Origin: Amphiscolops sp. MND2022
Lineage: Eukaryota
Reading direction: 5' to 3'
Assembly: GCA_964187785.1 (NCBI GenBank)
Contig: OZ076421.1
Location: forward strand, 27,962,001 to 28,026,000
DNA: 64,000 bases
Part shown: positions 53,001 to 61,900 of the stretch, in pieces
Layout: each line of letters starts with the position of its first letter
Numbering within the stretch: the first letter of the stretch is position 1
The notes under the pieces: generated by a model
The model's input: only the letters and a program-made list of their open reading frames with translations
Database searches by the model: none
Told to the model about the DNA's origin: nothing
Program-made: the position numbers and the translations under genes

Positions 53001-56000
53001 TTTTTTCAAGCAATGAAGCGCACAAGATTTCCATACTTTCATAAAACTTTTTAGGTTTGAAGTACTATATACTTGCAATTATCTAAAATGGCACTCTGCA
53101 GAGAATCCATCTGGAATTAATATCTTCCAATAACAAACAATTTTTCTCAAAAACAAGGGTCGCACTGTTCGGGAAAACCCAAATGGGGACCTTTTAGGTT
53201 TGAAAACCACCTCTTTTCTTAATTGGAAACATCAAAAACCCAAGAGGATACCCTTTGGGTACATATGAAAATTTTCCAAGTCGCATAGTACTTTAAAAAT
53301 TCAATGGTTTGACCCTTTAGTCTCGTATATCTCCGTAATTATAAAACACTTTCAGTTCTGCGCGGGATTCGAATCCATATTCTCCTGCCACCGAACCTTG
53401 TACGTAATCCACTGACCAAGTGGCTACAAAACGTAGTGAATATGAAGTTACCATTCAAACTGTTCAAACAAACAAAGTTACCGTTTTAAATATACGAACT
53501 AGTTCAAATTCACCGAACGTTTCAAATTCATGAGTCCGAAATTTCTATTGTCCCTTGTTTTCGAGAGTGAAGAGCCTTTTCGGATGAGTTCGCACTGAGA
53601 TTCTGCGGAACTTTTACAAACCACTCCTGAGCATGGCATATTTAGGATATGTCTTAGCGCTCGAACTTGTAATTCTGATGTTTTATCTTGAAGCTTTGGT
53701 GCACACGAGCGACTAAGTAGCTTTTTCATTGAGCTTCAATCAATCTGCAAAAACGACACTTCAAATGAAGATCCGAGCAAATTTAATGCCTTTCCTTCTG
53801 CGCCAAGGTTTTGAAAGTGATAGTCACTTTATTTTTGAAAAAGTATTTTAATTGTTTGTGACCGCTGAAATTGGCACCGTGTTTTTGCCATCATTTTGAA
53901 ATTTTGCTGTCACTTTGAAAGTAAAATACAGCGTCACGTGTTGCCTTTTTTAGTTTGATAGACATAAGAAGTTGGTGAATGACTACTTGCTTTACTATGG
54001 GGGTAGCAAGAAGGAATTGACGAGAGACAGTCGCTTTGACAAGACAGACTTGGATGTGGTCAGAGAGAACATACAGTTCATATACGACGAAGAGGATGGT
54101 GACAAAGCAGAGGATGGAACTACGGCTGAGCCCTCTGATTGGTCAGTTATAGTCACAGTAAAAAATAGAAAAAAATTGTTTAATTACAATAGGAAATTGG
54201 ATAACTCTTACGTCTAATTTACGTCTCAAATTGGCGCCCCGCTGACATCTCTAAAAGTGCAAAGTCATTCGAATATGCTGAAAGGCTGTTTTTATTTTAA
54301 AAAAATTCTGCAAAATCTTTGTGCAGAAAAACATTTTTCTGGCTTGAAAAGGTTTTTTCTCACCCTAAATGTCAAAAAAGGGGACCCTTTTGGGATATTT
54401 AAAGAAAAAGTCGCACAGTGCCGAAATACCTCAGATGAGGTTTGCTATTTTCTAATCCTGTAATATGGTCCTAGATACATTTTAGACTTGCTTCACGACG
54501 ATATGAAATCACTTACGAAGTTTAAAAAAATGAACAGAAAAATGGATCATTCAGTATGAGAGTTGACAATAAAGCAACAAGACGGGAACGTCTCAAGTCT
54601 GCGCCCGCTCAGACTCAAAAAGTGTTTAAACTAGGCTCGAAAATTTCCGAAGTTGAAATGGAAAAACCCAAAAAACGGATCCTATGAAGTGAAAATAAGT
54701 TTCTAAAAAAACGTCGGACTGCGCCGAAAAAAACCCTTAGGCGGGACCCTTTGTACCTTTTTTCCGTTTCGTAGGTGGTGAAAAAGTGAGGAAAATTAAA
54801 GGGATGTCCCTTTAGCATATGTTAGCACACTTTAGTTCTTAGGCTAGAAGATTGAAAGAGTGGACGTTTTCATTTGACAAAATAAATAAACTTGCCGCTG
54901 CAAGGGTCATGGACTTTTTCTTACAAAAAGCGCCGACTAGAAACATATGATCAATGAAAACGAACAAGGCTGCATAATAACCGCCGGAGTTGGACCAGTT
55001 GCGCCTTGCCAAATTCATCTGATTTCAGCATTTTCGATTTTTCCGAGCTTCTTTTTGCGAGAATACATGATTTGACAAAATGTTCCAAACAGTTCGAACA
55101 CTAAAAGCACAACTAGAGGAACTAAAAGCACTATGAAGCGTTGGAACGCACCAATGTGGTTGAAGCTTTTGTAGAGTCTTTTGCGCCACGGGCGCCTATG
55201 TTTTTGTTACACACCATTTTTATTCGGAGAAAATTCAAGATCAACTGTGAATTATGGGCTTTGATGTTAAGTATGTCCGTGATCTCAGCTTCCGAGATGT
55301 GGTGTCTGTTTAGGGGTCAGCGTATCGCGAAGCGGTATTGGGACAAGTTGTTCAAGGAGTACGCGATCGCTGATCTCACCTACTTCAAGACTGGACAGAT
55401 CGGAATGAGGTGGAGAACCCAAACAGAAGTAGTCAATGGAAAAGGTACACACTCATCAGTCATGTAGTTCCCCTTTCCATTTCTCCTCCGTAGAGTGGAA
55501 TTCTTCAAAAGTTCTGCATATTTTGTAGGTTGTCAAAAATGTTCAAAATGTTTTGACAAAATCCTTACGTGCACTATGGGGTGTGGTATGGTTGCTACAA
55601 TGCTCTTGTTTTTGTGCGAAAAATCGGCATCTTCGGATAGGGCGCAGATGCCAATTGAGTCATTTTGGAACTTAACTTTCTCTTTTTTAGTCAGTTTGAT
55701 TTTTTGGACTATAAGTTGGACTATGTTTGACCACAAAAAGCATTCAACTGATTCTTTCAACCAATAAGAAATTATATTCTAGATTTGAATCCATCAAACT
55801 TTCAGACACAACGTTAGAAAGTACGTGTTTAAAAAGGGGAATTTTACATAACATAATCCGTGCAATTTCACTCCCTCTCAGTTCACAGCGACCAATGACG
55901 GTAGAAACGAAATTGTTTAGTTGATCTGATGATTCCAAGTGGTGGCATTTTTAAGTGGTTAACTATCAGTTATATTGGTTTAAAAACTGGACATTGGTGG

Positions 56001-57558
56001 ACTGGGGTCGGGATTGGTTTTTAGAAGTTGTTTAATTTTTGCAACTAATGAAGGAAAATGTTCCTTCGATGTGTCGAAATATTTCCTGTTTGCTTCAGTT
56101 TTTTAATGCTTCAGCGAATCTCGGTTCAAGTGCTTCATTGCTCACTTCCTTTACCATAAGATGCTCTGTTTTGATTCGCAGCATGTTTTTGGTTATTTTG
56201 AAGAGATATTGACGAAAACTGTTTATGAACATAATACATAGTTCTCTTCCAAGTTTAACACAGTTAGTATTTTTAAGGACAGTTCCAGTGTGCCAATAAA
56301 TATTGCCAAGAAAAGGACGATCTTCAATCCTGGGAAGTAAACTTCGCCTACAAAGAAAAGGACACCAAGAAAAATGCTCTAGTTAAATTAAGTTAGTGTT
56401 CTAACATTTTTTGAGACTAAAAATAATTTATTCATTTGAAGTTATATAAATCAACCAAGTTATGTCTGAGTAAGTTGTATATGAACATCAAATAGGAATT
56501 TTGATTATTAATAGCTTTTTGAGCAATGAGCGGGGCGCATACTTATGCAGTTCCCACATTGTGTGTCTGCAGAGTTGCATTTTCAAGATTTCAAATTTCA
56601 TTTACATCAGCGAGAGTAAATAAATCATGTTGTCCTCGATTTAGACTAGTTCAGTATTTTCACGAATTGAAGCTTGTGTCTTTTTCAGGACTCTGCCCCG
56701 AGTGTTCAATGAAACTCAACTATAAAAAGCAGTGAGTTGCGTTTTTTTTCACTAATAAAATTTTCATATCGAAGCTAGCCAGGTGCTGAAATTCGTCTTT
56801 ATTTAATCTAAACATATGACTCTGTATGAACCTGTGTTAGATCCTATTTTGCAGAAGTTTATCTATAAACATTCTGTTGGGTCAGCTGACAATGCAATTT
56901 GTTTGCTTTTGTAGGCACAAACCAAGTAAACCAGTGAGGAAATTGAAAGACATGAAAAAGAAGAAAAAGAAATCTTCGAAAGACCACAAAAAGCACAGTT
57001 CTAAGAAAGAGAGGAAAAAGAAAAAAGCTGGGAAGCGAAGTAGAAGCAGCAGTAACAGTGGTAGTGAAGACTCACAATCAGAAAGTGAAGAGTCTTCGAA
57101 AGATGCCCGGAGGTCTGACGTCATCAAAGACAATGCCCAGGAAAGTGCCAGCAGTGTCTGGAAAGAACCAGTTCAAGTTCAAAACAACGATGAAGATAAA
57201 GCCATGTTAGCTCTTTTTCCCCAGAATTAGTCATTCAAACAATTGGCTCTTGATGAAACGACGAAATAAGGCTTTTATCAAGGACTCCGTCGTTTTTTTT
57301 TTGTCAATCATCTAACTGCTTTGTTTTTTTTTCAAAGAAATGTCAATCTTGTTTGCTGAGAACTTGAATTTCCCATGTAAAAGTTTGTGGAAAAAAAACA
57401 AGAATCAATTGTAAGTCTTCGAAGGGTTTCGTTTGATGGAATGAAAATAAATTAACCCCGTAAATTTTGATGGATTTTGGCGTATGTAGCATAGGAGCTC
57501 TTGACATTGTTTTAGCGAGGTGGAAATCGATGACTATTTTGCGGATATGCTGGCCTGA
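26019..57558 (+). CDS. FRA10AC1: FRA10AC1 orthologue (spliceosome-associated protein), 8 exons: 26019-26107, 26224-26383, 53954-54141, 55314-55444, 56278-56391, 56689-56731, 56915-57205, 57516-57558 (352 aa)
   Basis: Recognised family blocks in order: GGGDYHSEFDSD, LVNDYLLYYGG..DKTDLDVVREN, AKRYWDKLFKEYAIADL..RWR..EVVNGKGQFQCANKYC, LQSWEVNFAY..KNALVKLRLCPECSMKLN, K/S-rich tract, SVWKEP, EIDDYFADML*. All seven introns are GT-AG with matching phases; the total is 1059 nt. Confidence 0.93.
26415..26585 (+). repeat. ACCATGATCTTGNCAAG minisatellite-like block of a dispersed repeat family
   Basis: Degenerate CCATGAT/CTTGCCAAG units; the end GACATGATACGCTTGCCAAG matches the reverse complement of the block at 40.4 kb. 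Confidence 0.6.
27605..31300 (-). mobile_element. Decayed CACTA/EnSpm(CMC)-like transposase
   Basis: Minus-strand motifs in order: IYPVWFQSLNL..NLIMAALFGGSGKP (29857-29700), DMVAKCFILNGRFGCPDC (~29480-29420), VVIDYMHPMLL (~29220), LRSL..WKAAEFKLIVLY (~29070-29020), FESANYQL (~28575). Several stops and frameshifts; boundaries approximate. Confidence 0.75.
31350..31650 (+). pseudogene. Possible DUF4806-like accessory-ORF remnant beside the EnSpm-like transposase
   Basis: SGNERVNFR*..FVRAMMKHL..DVSTNWAEWKRRC resembles, by memory only, the DUF4806 C-terminus found near animal EnSpm transposases. Confidence 0.3.
32156..32993. repeat. ~835-bp direct repeat, copy 1
   Basis: Starts TGACACTTTAG and is collinear with 33982-34819, roughly 85-90% identical by eye; contains an internal ~230-bp subrepeat (GAATGCTTCAAA..CACTTGGATGA). 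Confidence 0.85.
33982..34819. repeat. ~835-bp direct repeat, copy 2
   Basis: Collinear with 32156-32993. Confidence 0.85.
35327..40121 (+). mobile_element. Decayed Copia (GalEa-like) LTR retrotransposon
   Basis: Terminal direct repeats 35327-35411 and 40035-40121 (TG..CA) with AAAAA on both flanks; iMet-type PBS TGGTAGCAG (35413). Domain order: gag (PPRWEDDQSFESWK, NCGSRFHNARDC), protease (FDCACTRTVAG), integrase (HKQFGH..C..C; LTDNGGEF; SPFSNGICERHN), RT (KARLVAKGYQ, DIKTAFLQ, IHVGD), RNase H (FADAS, ADCLTK). Many frameshifts. Confidence 0.9.
40305..40460 (-). repeat. ACCATGATCTTGNCAAG minisatellite-like block (same family as 26.4 kb, opposite orientation)
   Basis: CCATGATCTTGACAAG units ending in CTTGGCAAGCGTAGCGTGTCTTC. 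Confidence 0.6.
40594..47690 (+). mobile_element. Full-length BEL/Pao LTR retrotransposon (recent insertion, ORFs disabled) with extra 5' ORF
   Basis: LTRs 40594-40877 and 47407-47690 (284 bp, TG..CA, 3 substitutions seen); TSD ATGGT; PBS TGGTCCGCCATAG (40881). Gag 42012-43178 (KLPKLQLPTF, CFNC); protease ALLDSGSQASF (~43450); RT FYVDD (~44665); RNase H FCDASE (~45215); integrase GLDFAGP/SDNG/APHFGGLWE to stop 47298. Confidence 0.95.
41257..41896 (+). CDS. Extra ORF ('ORF0') upstream of BEL/Pao gag, SGNH-hydrolase-like motif layout; one frameshift at ~41670
   Basis: MIIVTGASSLKR..ITAIPSLSLNPY..LVIWHDILNNSL..ITALVYCERIGAP..LLSRRK / NDIPLLNEYSRLHP..basic tail. Homologous to ORF 59590-60192. 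The fold assignment is inference. Confidence 0.7.
47998..52260 (-). mobile_element. Decayed, internally deleted BEL/Pao LTR retrotransposon
   Basis: Related LTRs 47998-48245 and 52037-52260 (5' copy lacks ~24 nt); PBS TGGTGCCGCGACCCGGG directly followed by gag ATG (52011); ELPQLKLSIFDG, LLSHTNA (protease-like), LVGPKTQDDLF..SADIAK..FHVDD (RT), LHAFSDASKKAY (RNase H). Most of the integrase is missing. Confidence 0.85.
52688..53007. mobile_element. Two HINE-family 3' halves joined back to back
   Basis: AAGTCGGCGC..AAGGCTCAAAAA (52708-52737) at the left end; TTTTGAGCCTTAGATATGGCGCCGACT plus GCCGTTCCCGAC plus TTGTTTTTT (52956-53006) at the right end. Confidence 0.6.
53357..53427 (-). mobile_element. 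tRNA-derived SINE-like segment
   Basis: Minus strand: TAGCCACTTGGTCAGTGG (A-box-like) and GGATTCGAATCCC (B-box); no complete cloverleaf. Confidence 0.45.
54573..54943 (-). mobile_element. HINE-family element in FRA10AC1 intron 3
   Basis: AACAA plus hairpin GACG-GGAA-CGTC plus AAGTCTGCGCC at the left end; GCGCCGACT (54930-38) at the right end. Confidence 0.65.
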
Positions 57559-57828
57559 AGATGAACACGATGGGTGACCCTAAAGAAGAGGAGTTGAAAA
57601 GTGTTGACCCTGTGCAGAACCAGTCAATGACCGGTCAAAGGAGCCGTTGGATGAGATGAGATACTGGCAACTGTTGCTAATATTCAGACGTGTCCTCCCA
57701 ATGTTCGCTTGCTCATGGAAACGTGGAAATTGAAAAGGAAAATATCTCAAGAATTTGCTATGGTGCAGTTGAATGATGAAACCCCAAGAACTTGAGTTTT
57801 CTGTGATGTAATCGATTCGCTTTGCGTG

Positions 57829-57834
57829 AATAAA
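57829..57834 (+). promoter_or_regulatory. Candidate polyadenylation signal of FRA10AC1
   Basis: AATAAA about 270 nt after the stop codon. Confidence 0.4.
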
Positions 57835-58924
57835 ATATAATATCTCCAAATTATTTTCTTCGAGAAGCTAATAGTTTTTTGAGATTGATGCTCCTAAGTT
57901 CGATGAAAGATAGTTTCTTGAAAAACCAGCGGAAAAGGGTTTTTCGCTATTTTCACAATCATTAGCCAGAAACATCCATCTGAAAGGCTTTTTAGAGCAA
58001 TTTTTGAGGACAAATAATAGGTTTTCTCTTTGTGTCGAGTATTTGAGGAATATTGTTTCATACTTTATGAAAAAACTCGTGATATACTACTGAAGTTCGT
58101 CATCGATTTCTTTTTTGTCTTAGTGTAAAACATCGTAGATGGGACATTTGACAGATTTGATTAGCTCAGAAGCCATAAAGGAGAAATGAAATAATTAAAC
58201 ATGAAAAAACCTGGAGTATTCTGAAAATATTTTTGTGAGTACCGCAAAACCAGAAAATGCCAGAGGCGTCAACGTTGGTTTGAGCTTGACTATGCTGTCA
58301 TGAAAACTGCGCTTTAGTTCGTTTCATGTAAGTTTGTAGTAAGTCATCTACCTCATTTATCTATTTTCTATCGGGGGTCTCCCAAAATCTAATCTCAAAT
58401 CTGAGAAAACAGCAATTGGGTCATAAAATTTTGTTTCATTCGAGTTGAATAGGGACAGAACAGGACCTGAGAATTGAATACAAAATTGTGGCTCTTCGAT
58501 GGTTCCTAGGCATCGAAGCCATTGAATATATTTGGAATTGCATTCGCAAGTTTTACCAGTATTTTCTCAGTTGAAGATACCAATTGCCAAAATAAAAAGA
58601 AAATTAACGGAAGGAAGTTCGTTAACAGGATATTTTCAGAACTTGAGTTTCTGAGGAACAATTTCTCGCTTGGAGTAATGGAAGTTATCAACATTCAAAA
58701 AGTTTGAAACAACACTTATTGCAAAATCGTTGATGAAACCAATAGACCTCAATTTATTCAAAAATGTTGTTCTGAATATAATTTAAAATAAGAAGCACAG
58801 GCTTCCAACTTTTTTATATTGTCTCGCCTTTTTATCTTGTCCTATAGCAGTTTATTTTTACTTTCAGGTATATTTCATTTTCACTTTATTTAGCGAAATT
58901 TTTTATATAAAAAAAGTTTAAAAT

Positions 58925-58994
58925 TCGCGATGACGGGAATCGAACCTACAGCTACTGCTCAAGAGCTCATGCGACTGAATCTCATCCCTTGCGT
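58925..58994 (-). mobile_element. tRNA-derived SINE-like fragment abutting a BEL LTR
   Basis: Minus-strand B-box GGTTCGATTCCC (58946-58935) followed by a T-rich tail; the 5' part is missing. Confidence 0.4.
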
Positions 58995-61900
58995 TGTATT
59001 ACCAACATGAGGCGACATTTGTTATCAAGCGACATTTGTTATTATTTGGTAGAAAGTGACATTTGTTATCAGATTGAAAAAGCGACATTTATCAAATCTT
59101 AAAAGGCGACATTTGTCAACTAAATTAGGTTGATAACTAGAAATGAGGCTTTACTAATTAATCCAACAAGTATCTGACAACTTTTTTTATAAATTGACTC
59201 AGCTATCATTCCGTTTGCATTATACATACAATGAATTGACTTCAGCAACCATTCCGTTTGCATTATACATACAATTTGGTACTATCAAACATGACTCTTT
59301 CCTTTTCTACTTTGACTTTATTTTGATTTCATTGACAAATATTATTGTTAATGCATGAATACTTTAAACTACCCGTGAATCATACTTTTTGTTTTGAATT
59401 GAATTTGACTGATCATCAAATTGCTTTCACCGCAATTCCCAACTTCAAAAAGACAATCAAAGTGATTGTATAAACATATTTTGGTGCCGCGCAATTTTCG
59501 AACCGAGGATCACCCACCCTCCATCGCCGAGGAAGACGTCTCCCCTGTCGAGACACCAAATACTTCTCATCTAAGTTTTCCTTCTTACTATGATTCAAGT
59601 TGTCGGAGCGAGTTCTCTGAAAAGACTTTTTGAATTTTGTCAGTCCAATAAAGTCGACTTGAGAAAGCACATCACTGCAATTTCCGGATTGTCTGTAAAC
59701 CCTTACGCAAAAAGCAATCTGAAAAACATGAAATTTCAGTCCACGCAAGGATACTCACACCACAAAAAACTTCTGATTTGGCACGATATTATTAATAACT
59801 CGCTGAACGCTCACAGAAGCAATAATTTTCGAGCGAACACTGTTTCTAATCTCTGTACAACTCTCTTACAATTGAAAGATCATATAACAGCAATTGTCTA
59901 CTGTCAGCGAGGGGGATTGCCTAATATTTACGAGGAACTTACAAATACTGGAATTTTAGTTTTGCACGTACATAAACATCTCTTATCTCCACGGAAAAAG
60001 AAAAATTGTTCAGTACTGAAGGAATTTGCAAGCCTTCATCCTAGTCGAAGCGTTGAGTTGAACATTCTCATAACACTCTGGCGTTATCAATATCAATTAT
60101 CAGCTCTTTTGAAAACTAGAAGATCTCAAAAGAAAATACCTTCAAAGAAAAATTGCAGAAGTCAGCAAAAGAAAATATATGCAGTTCTCTGACAAGTGAC
60201 AATTGTTTTCCTTTGTGATTGTCTTTCATCTCCTGAGCGTTCTAATGTTCGGAGTTGTTGGGCATATCACATTTACATATATTTGTCTCCATCTTTCTCA
60301 ATGTCTATGAATGTTGATAGTTTGAAGCGCTCGAGGAGGGCTGGTTTTCGTGGCATCTGCACGAAGTATAAGAATGAAGCTGAAAAACTCCTGAGCCAAA
60401 ATGTATTGACGTCTGATCAATTAGTCCGACTTGAACAACTAGCCACACTCCTCGAAAGTAAATTGAATCAGATTACCCCACTTGACCTTCAAATACAAGG
60501 ACACACGGAAATAAACGAGTTAGAAGAAACAATAACGGAAGCTAGCGATGCCAATGACATTTTTTTCTAAACATTGATACTACCCGTCGACGCGTTCGTT
60601 CTGAAAACGCATATGAAAATGTTGGTGGAGGAGAGCCGTCTGCCAGTTCTAGTGGCTCAATGGCAATATCACGTCAAGTAGCCAGTGCCAAATTACCAAA
60701 GTTAAACTTGCCCACTTTCAAGGGTGACTATGAGAACTGGCTTTCGTTTCATGACATGTTCAAAAGCTCTGTTCACGATAACCGCTCGTTAACGGACTCG
60801 CAGCGTCTTCAGTATTTGAAAGCTTCTCTGCAAGGTGATGCAGTCAAACTATCGACCTCTCTTGCAATAACTGATGCTAATTTTTGAACTGCTCTGCAAA
60901 CACTTGAAGAACGCTATGCGAATCCTCGGAGGATAGCCCGAATGCATTTGACGAGTATTTTCGAATATCCGAATGTGAAGTCGGAGAGCTCAAAAGATCT
61001 GCGAAAGTTAATAGAGACAACTGAGCAACATCGCCTTGGTCTGGAGAATCTTGGCCAACCTGTTAATCAATTTGACCTTGTCTTCGTGTATATTGTAAGC
61101 AACAAATTGGACTCTGAAACCAGGAAACAATGGGAATTATCCACTCCTGGCACTGACTTCCAGACTTACCAGCAACTTAAAACCTTCGTTGAGAGCAGGT
61201 GTCAAGCACTTGAAACGGCGGTTGTTAATGTTACTAAACATAAGGACTTCGAAGTAAAGGTTAATCAACGGGATCCGAGATCTTTTACACAGTCTTATGC
61301 TACTCATTGGAAGAAGGATTTATGTTTAGCATTTGATGCCAACGATCACAAGCTATATGGTTTACCAAAGTTTGAAAAAATGTCCCGACAAGAAAAGGTG
61401 AGTTTCATAAAACGAAATAACTTATGTTTCAATTGTTTGCGGGTGGAACATCGACTCGATGCATGTCCCAGTCAGTCAAGCTGCCGTGAGTGCCAAAAAA
61501 GGCATCATACCTTATTGCATCCTCAACTGCGATTGAATCCTAGAGGAAATGAAGTGAACTGTCACTCAGACAAGGCAGCCATGCATTCAAATGTAACAGA
61601 TACACAAACTGTCCTTCCCACAGCTCTTATTCCTGTTCAAGGCAAACTTGGAATCACTCATCTTCGAGCCTTACTAGATTCTGGCTCGCAGACGTCTTTC
61701 ATAACTGAAAGTGCTCATCAATTACTGCAGTTGCCGAAGCAATCATCAAATCTTCTTGTTAATGACCTTGGTGGTCATTCAACAAGCCTCTCTAGGGCGT
61801 TCAGTGACTTCATGATCTTACCCAAACAATTCGACCCCATAAATGTTAAAGGCTTCATACTACCAAAACTTACTCAGAAACTGCCCAGTAGAAAGGTTCA

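Noticed and set aside
57206-57230. Stop at 57230 as the end of FRA10AC1
   Set aside because: The donor AT|GTTAGC at 57205 splices in phase to 57516, giving the conserved EIDDYFADML C-terminus.
57580-57849. 89-aa minus-strand ORF
   Set aside because: It overlaps the FRA10AC1 3'UTR antisense, has no recognisable motif, and starts at a non-ATG codon.
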